A DNA stretch of 64,000 nucleotides from Octopus vulgaris. Its lineage: Eukaryota. Shown here piece by piece: positions 1-13,370 of this stretch (the first letter of the stretch is position 1; each line of letters begins with the position of its first letter). The notes under the pieces are model-generated. The model was not told where the DNA came from. It saw only the letters and a list, made by a program, of their open reading frames with translations, and searched no databases. The position numbers were made by a program, and so were the translations under genes. The stretch spans positions 85,250,001 to 85,314,000 of the forward strand of contig OX597816.1 of the NCBI GenBank assembly GCA_951406725.2. Reading direction: 5' to 3'.

Positions 1-149
1 GAAAAGAACATATGGGTATAAATAAAAAAAAGAGCTTACTTATATAAGGAAGATATAGAAAATGGTGTGTTGTTTGGCCTGTATGTATCTATAACGCATC
101 GATTCTGACAACATTTAACAACAGTGCCACGACTCTCTCACAAGTTTTC

Positions 150-1375
150 AATACTGGAACCGATAGTCATAAGACAAAGCATATAATTTTAATATTGCTT
201 TTTACGTAAGGTGACAATGGTCTAACAATTTTCTAGCAATGTTTTATGACAACCCCGGTTCAGTGTATAGGATAGATGCATTCCGCCAAATATATTGTTA
301 AGGAATTAATGACGAGCTCTAATCGTTGGACAAAGATTTTCCAATATTGCATTGTAATAACATCTTCCAAATTAGAGATTTTATACTCATATTTCACCCC
401 TTTAAGTTCGAAAGACAGGAACATATCACTTCGGTAGCTAAGATCATCTGCCAATCTCATGGAAAACAGTATAGACTACTGAATTTCCTGGGCCGTTTCA
501 GTTAGTGTTCTTCTATACACAAGCAGAACCAGAGGAAGTACCTGCGATGTGTAATCGGGTGTGGCGTTGACAGTCCACTGTTGCAGGTCTAAATTAATTA
601 ATAATTATAAGTTATTACAAGGCTCCCACTCACTTTAAAGTTTTCTTAAAATTCCAACACAAAAATCCCCATAGCTAATCAATTTAACTTGATTCAGTCA
701 ACATTAAGTCTAGAGTTCTTCTCTATTTGATTCGCACACCTTGCTTGAATTATTTCTTGTAGAACCAATGACTGACGCACTTCTTAACTAATGTATTACT
801 CTACCCTTAACTACCGTCCCCTCTTTCAATTTCAATATAATCATATGAGACATAAGATTATCTAGAAATGGCTATAGAGTTGGGGAATTATTCTAAGATA
901 TCACCAGTACATTATTTTTGCTTCTTCCAGCCCTCATCTGCGTCTCAATTTTTCTTTATATTGACCCTCCAGTATTGCCACCTCTGTGATGATTGTAGTA
1001 GACTGCCGTTTTATTCTAAGTCGATGTATGTGAAATTCCCTTCTCTCTGTTCACCATACATACAACATAATTTGTCATTTTTTGATCAGTAGGCAATCTC
1101 GGCATTAGCAAGTTTCTATATAAATCAAAGAAACTAATTTGACATATCCATCAGTTACTTTGTCTAACTACAAAGATATCTTCGCTGAAATGGATACATG
1201 TTTTTAAATTTTTCACTTCGATATTCCACAACATAACATTCTAATTATAATTCCTGTAAGTTTGCAAAATTGTCCACAATAACATTACCTAGTAATTGTT
1301 TCTATTTACAAAAGTTGTTCACGTATGAAATACTTCCACTAACAATCGAAGCGATCAGCACGATTGATAATATTA
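150..1375 (-). pseudogene. Decayed Mab-21/cGAS-like receptor (cGLR) nucleotidyltransferase relic, copy 1
   Basis: Manual minus-strand translation through stops and frameshifts gives motifs in Mab-21 order: IVSGSIS (1326-1346), EL*L/(D)VMLW (~1226-1250), DGYVKL (1135-1152), GDFCVGI..SEW (~625-675), EIQ*SILFS (461-487; cf. EWRISFS), LKGVK, DVITMQYWK, RLELVINSLTIYLAECIYP. Includes ORF 260..460. Confidence 0.55.
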
Positions 1376-1386
1376 TAGAACACCAT

Positions 1387-1600
1387 AAGGTGGCGAACTG
1401 GCAAAATCATTAGCAGGCCGGGCGCAATACTTAATGGCATTTAGTCCGTTTTTACGTTCTCATTTCAAATACCGCTGAGTTCGACTTCGTATTTCCTCCT
1501 TGAAGAGTCGATAAAATCAGTACTATCTGAATACTAGAGTCGAAATACTTGACTTACTCGCTCAACCGAAATTACTACCCTTGTGCCAAAATTTGAATTT
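1387..1600 (+). mobile_element. tRNA-derived SINE family A (Meta-domain-like), diverged copy with target-site duplication
   Basis: Similar to better copies at 9509 and 25796; flanked by AATAT(T/C)ATAGAACACCAT at 1369-1386 and 1601-1618. Confidence 0.8.
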
Positions 1601-1698
1601 AATATCATAGAACACCATCTAATGTTTTTTATCTCTTTACTATATATACATTCTTACAAAGAAACACATATATTCTACTTTTATGAATTATGTGAATG

Positions 1699-1702
<4 letters not shown>

Positions 1703-1746
<44 letters not shown>
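1703..1746. repeat. (TA)n microsatellite
   Basis: Direct sequence. Confidence 0.95.
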
Positions 1747-1747
<1 letters not shown>

Positions 1748-2160
1748 CGTAGGAGTGGCTGTATGGTAAGTAGCTTGCTTACGAACCACATGGTTCCGGG
1801 TTCAGTCCCACTGCGTGGCATCTTGGGCAAGTGTCTTCTACTATAGTCTCGGGCCAACCAAAGCCTTGTGAGTGGATTTGGTAGACGGAAACTAAAAGAA
1901 GTCTGTATAATATATGTGTATGTGTGTGTGTATATGTTTGTGTATCTGTGTCTGTGTTTGTACCTGCCAACATCACTTGACAACAGATGCTGGTGTGTTT
2001 ACGTCCCCGTAACTTAGCGGTTCGGCAAAACAGACCGATACATTAAGTAATAGGCTTACAAAGAACAAGTCCTGGGGTCGATTTGCTCGACTAAAGGCGG
2101 TGCTCCAGCATGGTCACAGCCAAATGACTGAAACAAGTAAAAGAGTAAAAGAGTAAAGAG
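1747..2160 (+). mobile_element. tRNA-derived SINE family B (CORE-like, octopus OR-type), full length
   Basis: tRNA-like head GGCGTAGGAGTGGCTGTATGGTAAG...GGTTCAGTCCC, CORE-like CTTGGGCAAGTG, internal (TG)n, tail GACTGAAACAAGTAAAAGAG repeats; many copies in the window. Confidence 0.9.
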
Positions 2161-2307
2161 ATAGTATATATACATATATAGTAAATATATTGATTAGTCA
2201 TGACTGGAATGCATTAATATTATTTTCTTTAATTGTAGAGTATTGAAATGCAGATAGCGCATATAAAAATATAACATTATTAAACTGATAAAGTCGTTGT
2301 GTTCGAT

Positions 2308-2546
2308 ATTTTTTTTTTTTTTTTTTTGTACTTGTTTCAGTCATTTGACTGCGGCCATGCTGGAGCACCGCCTTTAGAGTGGTGAAAGAGTACAGCAGGG
2401 ATCACCACCACTTCCTACCGGAGCCTCGTGGAGCTTTTTTAGGTGTTTTCGCTCAATAAACACACACAACGCCCAGTCTGGGAATCGAAACCGCGATCCT
2501 CCGACCGCAAGTCCGCTGCCCTAACCACTGGGCCATTGCGCCTCCA
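2308..2546 (-). mobile_element. Chimeric SINE: family C tRNA head plus family B 3' tail plus poly(A)
   Basis: 2377-2546 matches the 47298 head; 2330-2376 is the reverse complement of the family B tail (2090-2137); poly(T) at 2309-2327. Confidence 0.8.
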
Positions 2547-3193
2547 TAAATTAAGTTTATAAAATTTTAGAATATTTGCTTCAGCAAACCTATGATTACA
2601 GACATGGGTTCATTTAATGTTGCATTAAATAAAACAGATTATCACCTTTATTACACTGAGTTTCAGGAACCATATATCGATGTGATTGAATATTGAAATT
2701 GCTGGCTTATAAAGTTATTCGACATTTCATCACCGATAATAACGAAGATTGTAATGTTGATTAATTAGAGGGTTACAAGATAATTTGAGACAATTTGCTT
2801 GTAAGAGAATGTTAAGAAAAAGGCAAAAGCAGGGAGAAAATTGGGAATGAGTAAGGAGATACAGATGCTTACAGAGCGATGGAGAAAGATATCAATATAA
2901 GATCTTTTATTTTATCGCAAGTGCTAAAAAAAGTATGAAAAAGGCAGTTTTTATTGAAATTAGAAACGAAAGTGTATGACAAGAGGCAGTGGAGATTGGG
3001 GAAGCGTAACAAAGACAGAATGGAAATAAGTATATCGAAGAAATGATATACTTGTAATAGACAAGTGTACCATTGCTTCATAGATAGTTGGCATTATGAC
3101 ATATGCCTGATTCTGCGGACTGGAATGAAGAAACAAATAACGAAGGAGAGAGAATACGGAATAAAAACAAGAAACATTAAGACAAAGAACGTA

Positions 3194-3198
<5 letters not shown>

Positions 3199-3256
<58 letters not shown>

Positions 3257-3286
3257 ATATATATATAAAATATAAATATAGATATG

Positions 3287-3339
<53 letters not shown>
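3199..3339. repeat. Compound (TA)n microsatellite
   Basis: Direct sequence. Confidence 0.95.
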
Positions 3340-3342
<3 letters not shown>

Positions 3343-3399
3343 TGCGCGAATGTGAATACATGAGTGACCATGTGAAGTGATACTTATCGAGGAAGCAAT

Positions 3400-3930
3400 T
3401 AAAGGTAACTTAAAAATTAAAATAATATGAAATCGAATAAAATTATAAAAAATGTTTATTAAGAATAAAAGGAAAATATACGAATATGCAATAAAATAAC
3501 AATGAAATTAGAAAGAATTTATAAAATTACAGGAAAAATAATAAAACATAATAAACATACTTTAAAACAACATAAAAAACAATGCAATGCGGAAACAAAA
3601 ATTTTACAATAAATGTATTAAGAATATAATAGAATAAAATATAAGATAAATATAAGAAAAATACAAAACAATGAAATAAAATGAAAAGTAAAAACTCATA
3701 AGCAATATGAAGACATAATAAAATTCAATAAATGTACAATAAAAACAACAAAAATGCAATGAACATTAAAATACTATAAACAATATACAAATGTAATGAC
3801 TGCAATATTAATAACTTTACATCATAAATACAAGTATAATAAACCTACAAAAATGACATTTTAAAAATACGATAAAAAATGTGTACAAAAATGTACCATA
3901 CAATGTATATTTGATATTATAGGAAAAATT
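3400..3930. repeat. A-rich low-complexity tract
   Basis: Degenerate AATAAAA/AAATAC units. Confidence 0.7.
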
Positions 3931-4504
3931 GAGTACATTTTCCTGTAATGGGAAACGAGCCATCATACTATTGATGGCTCGTCTGAATAACATAGGAGGA
4001 GAGTGAAGGAGAAGATGGGTATAAGAAATGTAGCAGTTGGAGGAGAATAATCTTGAGAAAAGGAAAATACTAGTAAATAAGAAGAGAAAGAAAAAAAACA
4101 AACAAACAAAAGAATGCTGAACAGGAAAGTGACACTTGTATTTACCTTAAAGTGAAATAGCTGATTGGTATTTAAAAAACAATAAATTTATAGCATTAAA
4201 TTAAGATACATTTGGCATGTACACATTTTTTTTTGTTTTTGTTGGAGTACTTTAGTGTATTCAGAATAGAGCCAAAAGATATCATTTCAGTTTATTTTTA
4301 TTCTTCTGAGAAGTAATTTTGAAATACATTTAGCAGCGCAGGAGCCTTAGATCGAAAACGCCCGTTAGAATAAGCATTATGAATAAATGGAATGTACGAA
4401 TAGTGCCTAGAGAATTTTCATGGAAATTCAAAGAAATTCCACGCAAAAAATTGAGGTGCAATTAATCTGTTGGTAGAAAAAGTATTTTGGAGTAAATTTG
4501 TTTA

Positions 4505-4680
4505 TTCCTTTATTCTTTTACTTGTTTCACTCATTTAATTGGAGCACCACCTTTAAGGGTTTAAGTTAAATAAATCGATGCCAGGACTTATTTTTAAGTC
4601 TAGTACTTATTCTAACGTTCACTCTTTCCGAACCTTTAAGTTACGGGAATCCAAAGGAACCAACACCAGTTGCCGAGCGG
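4505..4680 (-). mobile_element. SINE family B 3' half, diverged
   Basis: TTTTACTTGTTTCA...GGAGCACCACCTTTAAG...AAGTTACGGG...AACACCAGTTG. Confidence 0.75.
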
Positions 4681-6051
4681 GGATTTTTTTTTTGGGGGGG
4701 GGGGGAGATACACAGGCATGAATATATACATGCATACGTCATATATATATATATATATATATATATATCAAATGTAAGTAAGATTCAGTTCAATTAGGTA
4801 CTTAAATTGAAGCATCTCGTTAGGTCGGAATAATATATACACACAACAATATTATGTAAATATCAAACTTGGTACTCAAATACCTGCCGAATGATAATCA
4901 TGTAGTGTATGTAGACAGTTAGACCCTGTTGAGTGAAGAAATCCGATGTTGACCTATTCAGATAGTCTTTACGAAAGGTAGATTCCGAGAAAGGTGAATA
5001 AAATAAAATAAGTAACAGTAGAGGTAAAGGTGTCAATCCATTAAGGCCCTTTCCAATGACTCCGTTAATTGATGAATGTAAACAGTACATCATTATAAAG
5101 AAACGGTTTTCGTCAGATGCATTAATGAACTTGAAAATAAAGAACATTGAACATGAATTAACACAGTTTAAAAACTTCAGAGCAAAGCATTTACAGTAAT
5201 TCTGATACTATTTCAGTTGATTCTGTGAATTGTCTTTTATTTAAAAATAATTGTCAACACAACTCGACATGATATTTATGCTGAAAGCAGGTTATATAAA
5301 ATCTGATTTCTTTATTAATAAAATACTGTAGATAGGACAGTGTCCATGCGTTTCTAGAATGAATACAAAAAAATACTAGTGAGGTTGCGAAGTCTCTGAA
5401 GATTTGACTTGACAGTAGCAATTGTAGCGACTTTGCTATATGATTTATTGCTAAATGTACGTAAGATACCTTAGCAGATATTCACCTGTTTTGTTTTACT
5501 TTGTATGAGTAGGAAGAGAGAGTGAGAATGAAAGTGAGAGAGGGAAGGGGAGACAGAGAAAAAGAGAGAGGGAATGAGAAAGAAAGAGGAGAGTAAAAGA
5601 ATAATAGATCGTTTCAACGAAAGCCAAGAGTAAGCAGACCACATGCAGCTGGCAGCTAAAACAAGGAACACATAATAGACTTCTATTATTTAAGTATCTT
5701 AGAATACCCGTGAGGTTTCCTTTTAGTTTCACACTTCTATTCACGAAATATATCATGATATGGAAAATTTACGAAAAAGGAAATTATTTCTGTATTTTTT
5801 AACTTTAAATATATTACTAAAACTAAATCACCAAAAGTAAATTTTCTTTCCAGTACGAAAAACAGAAACTATCTATAGTTTTAAAAATAACAGTGTCTAT
5901 TAAAGACATTTACAGATAAGATGTGAACTTTGCAGCTCTTTATAATCTGTCGTCAGGCGTAATAAGGATGTGAAACAAATTTCTACATTAAAACTTCTAC
6001 TATATTAAGTTGAATAATTATTATCAAACTCACATTAGAGACACAGTCTTA

Positions 6052-6082
6052 CCTATCTATCTATCTATCTATCTATCAATCA

Positions 6083-6164
<82 letters not shown>

Positions 6165-6165
6165 A
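6052..6165. repeat. (TATC)n microsatellite
   Basis: Direct sequence. Confidence 0.95.
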
Positions 6166-6352
6166 CATATGCATATGTGCATATATATGCATTCATAAAT
6201 ACATATAACTTACTTACTCGTGGCGACATTCACGCTGGGCGGGTTGACTCGGCTTCTTCTACCACCCTCGAGGCATATCGAGGAAGAAGTTTCGTGGGAA
6301 TATGTGGATTTCACAAGCGGTCCCCAACAATCCCGTATGTAGATATATATAA

Positions 6353-6357
6353 ACACA

Positions 6358-6439
<82 letters not shown>

Positions 6440-6440
6440 A
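6353..6440. repeat. (CA)n(TA)n microsatellite
   Basis: Direct sequence. Confidence 0.95.
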
Positions 6441-7449
6441 ATTCATATGTATGTGCATTCATGCGAATGTGTGTGTATGTGTGTGTGTGTACGTGTGTGT
6501 GTATGATGTGGATCTATAGACACTATGACGGAGATATTGGTCCTTGCTGATCATGTAGTCTCAGTTTCCCTCTTGCGGCGAGGAACCATGTCAAACCTTG
6601 TTATTATCTTAAGCTTCGCAGTGATACGTAAAATCTGTTGAGAAGATGTGTATATGAAACGGTGATGCATCTCACTGAATAACTGTATCCGTAATTCAAT
6701 GGTTTGTCTTGTGACATACGCCAATTCTAATTCAGAATTAAATTGCGGGTTAAATATATGTGTGAATTAGTTCAAAAACTACTGGGAAATTCCCTTGTGT
6801 GAATTAGTTTGATTGATCAAATCCTCAGCAATGCACATAACCAGAAATTAATATCATATTTAAATTTCGAGAACATTATCTGCAGCTTGTAAATAGCTAG
6901 TTAAAATTTCTATAAGAAGTAAAAGCAGTAACTATACTGAGAAGTAATTCTTATAGTCCCTTAAACATGGCTATTCCTTGGGAACCGAAGATGACAAAAA
7001 ACAAGTCAAACCCGTACGGTCTGGTGGTCTCGTGGCTGGGAGATGATGAGGGTTCACACATCTGGTGGCAGTATAAATCGGGCGCAGATTGCTTCGAATA
7101 ACGAGCTACAGCAAGCGTTCACCTGGGGTTAAAAATAACAGTAACGTCGGTCCCATCTTAACAACCAACAATTTAAGTGACAATAGATATTACTTCTCAA
7201 TACGCCGCCTGTTAATTAGAGACAGAAGGTAGATCGGCTCTTCAGAATAGATTGGCGCTCAGTGGACATTTATCAACGAACTGAACAAACTGCCCTAAAA
7301 CCTGAGAAATCTACACTCTCAAACACAAATGCAAACATACATATATGATATGTTTATAGATACACACACACACACACATATGAATAGGAATAGATTTTCT
7401 CAGAATCTCACGTATGTGGACGAACACCAAACACCTTCGCTCCACTCCA

Positions 7450-8985
7450 AGAGAATTAGGAAAAGGAAATAATCTGGTATAAGCCCCCATTTAACCTAGA
7501 TGTTTCTACCATCGTAGCCAGGGGATTCCTGTCGTTAATACAGAAACATTTACCTAGAAGCCAAAAGTATTAGAAACTCTTCAAATCCCATAATCTGAAG
7601 GTAAGCTAATTCTGCTTAGACAACATTGCACGCATCAGCAGACGTAAAATCGCAACCTGGAACAACCGAAACCTTACCACCAGACTTCTTGGAGGATCCT
7701 GCCTCTGAATGGCTGTAGTATACAGAGCCACCCTTACACCATCCAATGGCATTATCAGGCGCTGTATGGGCATGACAGACAATGACATCAAGGGAAGATA
7801 CTGCTAGCACTTGTATTCATTTAGATCTACAGATAAAGAGAACACCGCTTGCCTGACACGCTTTCTTTGGAAACTTCGTGATCTCCGAGAAGAAATACCA
7901 AGTATCAAGTGAACTATTATCCACAGGGTGCCATCATATTCACCCGGCGCCCCTAATTGCCAGCTGCATATCATCTACCAACACGCAGTATCCACCAACA
8001 AGACACATGAGATATCGTATTGCTGTCATTAGAGGTACACACTTGTAAATTTCAAGCCACTGGCCCCCGACAACCGGAATGTACCTCCTTAGTACCAGTC
8101 AATCCTAGCACTCCAAGTACAAAGGTCACATTAATGAAATCACCGCTAAGAGCAGTACCGCAAATTACTTATCGCCAACATATCTTCATGCCTGTCTACC
8201 TGCATACACTCACTCCCTGTACATCAGCCCTTGTGCATGACCACACGATTATATGTGTGAGCCCGCATGTGTGCGACTGCGCATATGCATGCCTCACCGT
8301 ATGCATGCGCACATATTGTGATGAGGGGTGTACATGTCTGTGCTTACGCGCCCATGTACATGGCCACCCCTGCCTGTGTATGCATGTATACGTGCAGACT
8401 TGTGTGCTCGCGCGCGTGTGCGGGTGCTCGTGAGCACATGTATATGGAGATAAAGGTGTGTACGCGTGTGTGCATGTATCTTTGTGTGCGTGTATCTGCG
8501 TGTGTATATATGCGCACGTCTGTGCGTTTGTACATTCGTGTGTGTATGTATATGTGCGTGTATGTGCGCATTTTCCCGCGCGTGCACTGATGTGTGAATT
8601 TACATCGAAGCAAACATACGCACTCATATACGTACGGATGCATACACGGAGATATATTGGCATATACATGTATATGTATACATATATACCCCTACGTCTA
8701 CCACCGCTTCCTTCTTCCAACAACATGATAGATATTTTTTACACCACGCGGTTGATATCCTGTTCGCCACCCGGTCGACTTCCTGGTTACAATGCAGTAT
8801 TTTCCAACTAATTGTTATTGCTGAAATACGAACATCAAACCGCTATGCCGCATCGGGCAATCGCAGACTAACCAATCGCAGCAGTAAATATCTACTCACT
8901 ACAACCGAACTGTCATTCAATCCCCGATGATCTAAGACTAGCCACTCGGTTGAAACACAGAGGAACCAAGGAGTGTTTTGATCTA
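7450..8985 (+). mobile_element. Penelope-like element (Nematis-type) 3' remnant with GIY-YIG endonuclease relic and terminal region
   Basis: Translation IIWYKPPFNLDVSTIVARGFLSLIQKHLP...KVS*FC, then GGSCL*MAVVYRATLT...CMGMTDNDIKGRYC*H..SFR...LTRFLWKL (7450-8030); degenerate purine-pyrimidine tract 8240-8690; decayed hammerhead-like motif 8918-8982. Confidence 0.75.
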
Positions 8986-9120
8986 TATATGTACCTCCCA
9001 ATAAATGTGCTGAATGCCTTTCTTTCGTTTCTCTAATCCACTAGTATGTAAGTTATGCATGAAAGAAACCAAATTCAAAGTTACTTATGAAGAAAGAATC
9101 ACAAACATGCTCACTCAGTG

Positions 9121-9188
<68 letters not shown>
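9121..9188. repeat. (TATC)n microsatellite
   Basis: Direct sequence. Confidence 0.95.
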
Positions 9189-9189
9189 A

Positions 9190-9508
9190 TCTTTTATCCT
9201 TTATCTTTTTAACTTTTACTTGTTTCAGTCATTAAACTGCAGCCATGCTGGAGCACAGCCTTGAACAGTTCTTGTCGAACGTAATCACCCCAGTACTTAT
9301 TATTTTTGTAATGCTTGGTACTTGATCTATCGTTCCCTTTTGCCGAATCACTAAGCTACGCGAACATAAACACACCAAGGCCGGTTGTCAAGCGGCAGTG
9401 GTGGAGAACCGAGACTCCGACATACACACGCGAGCGTGCGTCAGTGCACGCGCGCATATTTATACGATGGGCTTATTTCAGTTTCTGTCTATTAAATCCC
9501 CTCACAAG
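9190..9508 (-). mobile_element. SINE family B lacking its tRNA head
   Basis: Reverse complement of family B tail and body, ending at AAATCCCCTCACAAG. Confidence 0.85.
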
Positions 9509-9722
9509 TCTGGCAGAAACGTTAGCACGCCGGGCGAAATGCGTAGCCGTATTTCGTCTGCCGTTACGTTCTGGGTTCAAATTCCGCCGAGGTCGACTTT
9601 GCCTTTCATCCTTTCGGGGTCGATAAATTAAGTACCAGTTACGCACTGGGGTTGATGTAATCAACTTAATCCGTTTGTCTGTCCTTGTCTGTGTTTAGCC
9701 CCTTGTGGGTTGTAAAGAAATA
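9509..9722 (+). mobile_element. SINE family A (Meta-domain-like), low divergence
   Basis: CTGGCAGAAACGTTAGCACGCCGGG...GGTTCAAATTCC...GTCGACTTTGCCTTTCATCCTTTCGGGGTCGATAAATTAAGTACCAG (Meta-domain-like core). Confidence 0.9.
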
Positions 9723-9909
9723 TATTGTAGGAGACAGTTACCCATGTTGTCAGGCAATGGGAAGTAAGGTGCTTCTAACACAGCCAAAGTGCACCTAAAT
9801 ATCGAGATGCTTACAGAATATAAATTTCCGAAGCGGTCAACCAACTAAATACTGACTACACGCCAGATTACTTTCAGCGTGATATTATATATATACATAC
9901 ATACATACA

Positions 9910-9941
<32 letters not shown>

Positions 9942-9942
9942 C

Positions 9943-9985
<43 letters not shown>

Positions 9986-9992
9986 AATATAT

Positions 9993-10112
9993 ATAGGAAG
10001 TTTACGAAAAAAAACAAAAGACGAAGACAGGTGGTGTACAAAACAAACAGACGTATTAGTATAACGCAAGGAGAGAGAAAAAATGTGTGTAGTGACTAAC
10101 GATCTATCATGG

Positions 10113-10178
<66 letters not shown>

Positions 10179-10250
10179 AAAGTTTACGAAAAAAACAAAA
10201 GACAAAGACAGGTGGTGTACAAATCAAACAGATGTATTGGTATAACGCTC
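9993..10250. repeat. Two ~75-bp direct copies of a (TA)n-abutting repeat
   Basis: GGAAGTTTACGAAAAAAACAAAAGACRAAGACAGGTGGTGTACAAA...TATAACGC at ~9996-10067 and ~10176-10248. Confidence 0.8.
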
Positions 10251-10295
10251 ATATAAATATTAGGCAATAATATATATGTATATTTATATATATAT

Positions 10296-10364
<69 letters not shown>

Positions 10365-10744
10365 GCAATAAATTTGAGAAAGTAAATTGTCGAGGGTAAG
10401 TAATCTATGTAGGCAGCAAATTTGCTTTCCGCTGACTGTCCATTTTGTAAGACCAAACAGCGAATAAGTTCATTATAAAGTCACAGAGTAGAGTACGAAA
10501 ATGCAAAAGAATTACGGACCATATAATCAGATTAAGTCTGTTTTAGGTAGATTTGTTAATACCAGAATTCTTCGATGGATATTAATCATTCACATATTTT
10601 ACAGGCTTAAATTCTATAGAGTTAGAGACGTTGAATTCCGTCCTGTCCTTATCTAAGCATACATACATAGCCACATATATACACACACGCAGACACAAAA
10701 ACATGCACACACAAAAACATACACAAAAACACACACACACGCAC

Positions 10745-10893
10745 GTGATGGGCTTCTTTTCAGTTTCCTTGCACCTAGCTCAGTCACAATGGTTTTGGTT
10801 AGCCCGAGGTTATAGTACAAGTTACTTGCCAAATGTGCAACGCAGGGGGACTGAACCCGAAACCATATGGTTGGGAAATAAACTTCCCAACAC
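10745..10893 (-). mobile_element. SINE family B 5' part
   Basis: GGGCTTCTTTTCAGTTTCC...GGGACTGAACCCGAAACCATATGGTTGG. Confidence 0.75.
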
Positions 10894-10910
10894 CTATCTC
10901 TCTCTGTTTC

Positions 10911-10977
<67 letters not shown>

Positions 10978-10978
10978 G

Positions 10979-11059
<81 letters not shown>
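10911..11059. repeat. (TATC)n microsatellite
   Basis: Direct sequence. Confidence 0.95.
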
Positions 11060-11188
11060 GTGTATGTATTAATGTACACATGAATGTATTTTTGTATACA
11101 TATACACAAATATTTATAGTTATACACGTATATACGCATACAAACACACCCACACAAGCACACGCTCATACGCCGCACATGCACACAC

Positions 11189-11231
<43 letters not shown>

Positions 11232-11829
11232 TCTTCAAATCTTTTTCACAATGATGCCTATATGTATATACGTATATGAAAATATTTTCAAAGAAACACG
11301 TATCCGAAAGAAATGCCGCAGAGCAACAATGACTCACTGCAAAATAGCAAAGGATACAAAAGCAGCAGCTGAATGAAAATATTTGAAGGGGCACGTCAGT
11401 GTTTGCTCATTGTTTGTTCAATGTCGTGATCGACTTTGTAATTATACAACTAATATCATCACGCTGAGTGCACTAATTATAGAACAGCTCACAGCTATTG
11501 TAAATCATGATAAACTGGGATTTCTTTTATTGGATGAGTTTTGAGGATGTATATACATGCGCGCGTGCATATTTGTGAATGTGTATATTTATGTATAGAA
11601 ATGCATATCATATACATACATATACACATACTTATACAAACACGTACACACACAACGCAAGGTCAAATGCACAGCTAGAGCAGCTCAAAGCACCGGACCC
11701 TACCCAGAGTCTTAGTTTATGGAATATCAGCAGCGCTTGTCAAATGACCTTGCTCTGGGGACAAACCGCGATGACAACGAATAACTAGGAATGTCGGGTA
11801 CCTAAGCGTGCCCTACCTACCAGCTACTC

Positions 11830-13205
11830 CCAACTGATCTGGAGTACTACTATGTACCAACAGAAGTAGTCACACTCATAACGTTCCACATGGATTCGCT
11901 GGTAATTGAGTTCACCGTGGAAAATTTCACGGGTAATTCACAGTGATTAGCAAAATGTATTATGGCGGGGTTCAAAAGTTGTAGCAGCCATGAAACCACA
12001 ACTAGCGGTAGACGGGAATCAGTCAGAAGGTTTCAAAACTGATGGAAGCAGAGGAAATCAAGTTTGCAGAGCGTTCATGGATAACGTAATGGTTATAACA
12101 CTAACAGTCGAAGGGGCACAGCGAATATTGAGCTTATTGGAAAAGATAGCCACATGATCACGCCTGAAATTAAAGCCAACCCAGCGAAATCTCGGAGCCT
12201 GAATATCCGTAAAGGAAATCTTACAAATTATACCGTCAGCATTCAGGACTCTGCGATCCCGACAGTCCAAGAAAACGGATTTTACTGCCCTTTGAAAAGC
12301 TACGATCGTAGTTATAAGGTTATTGGCAATGCTGAAGACAGCAAAACCCGAGTCTAGTTTCAAAGCAAATACCACATTGGTTATAGTGCAAGTGTTCCGT
12401 GATACAAATGAAGAAGATCGATTTGGAGAAAGCAGAATGGTTTGCACTCCAGGTTCAACGGACATTGTGGGACCCGGCATTCAAGAAGGCAGAGGCAAGT
12501 ATAGACATGGCAAGGTTCTTGCAGAAATTGCCAATTAGACTGATTTGTAAAGAGTGAAGATTAACAAATACCAGCCACCACCACAACAATAACCATCGAA
12601 GGGTATCAAATTCCTAAAGGAATGAAACAAAGCTCACAAGGTGAAAGCAATGGGAGAGGCCACGTCTTTTTCTATTCTGCGTTCAACTTCAAACTGAATG
12701 ATGGAAGTGAACTTGCAAGGCAGACTCGTCTTTCTAGGGGAGATAGTGGTAAGTCACTTAGAGCAGACATATTCCTGCTCTTCAGGAATACAAAATTGAT
12801 CATCGTGGTCTAACTCATTGTGATCTGGGAAAACAGACTCGATATGTCCCTGCACGTAAAGAAATTGAAATATCAGAACTTAGTCGTCGAGGCCCTAGTC
12901 AAGTACTGGCATACAATCTCATTCTCCATTGAATTCGGCTGCCGTAGCTTTCCATCCGCGTGAATAAGCTATTTCCGGCAGGACACAGGTCTGGAACCCA
13001 AACAAGTGAAGAAAACCATGAGGGAAATTCGCCCAATATGTGAAACTAGCTCGAAATGGTTACGGTAGATAAGAATCCATACGTGCAACTCTTCGGTAGG
13101 AGAAAACTAGCTCAGTCCTCACTGCCACACTCAAGTGAAGTGTACAGGCTAAGGGCCCAAATGTCTGTGACCCCGAGATACCTACTGATGATGCAGATGT
13201 GTTTC
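11830..13205 (+). mobile_element. HERO-clade (restriction-like endonuclease) non-LTR retrotransposon remnant, internally deleted
   Basis: LEYYYVP..., CRAFMDNVMVIT (RT FMDD motif), PAKSRSL, GKYRHGKVLAEIA, SLRADIFL...LIVIWENR...KKLKYQNL...IEFGCRSF (RLE); 3' tail GACCCCGAGATACCTACTGATGATG. Confidence 0.85.
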
Positions 13206-13325
13206 TAGTATTGCAATGGACTAAGAAGGGCTTCCAAAACCTCTGAGCAGCTCCTCCAGTGTCTTCGTGGGGTAAAGCATCCCTGATGTTTATTTCCTCT
13301 CCCCACCTATCTCTATACATATATC

Positions 13326-13370
<45 letters not shown>

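Noticed and set aside
1747-1815. tRNA-like sequences at SINE heads (also 2470-2546, 47298-47370, 62745-62812)
   Set aside because: A/B boxes continue into SINE bodies; no complete cloverleaf.
8020-8811. Overlapping Cys/His-rich ORFs resembling zinc-finger or metallothionein proteins
   Set aside because: Degenerate alternating purine-pyrimidine repeat that is open in many frames.
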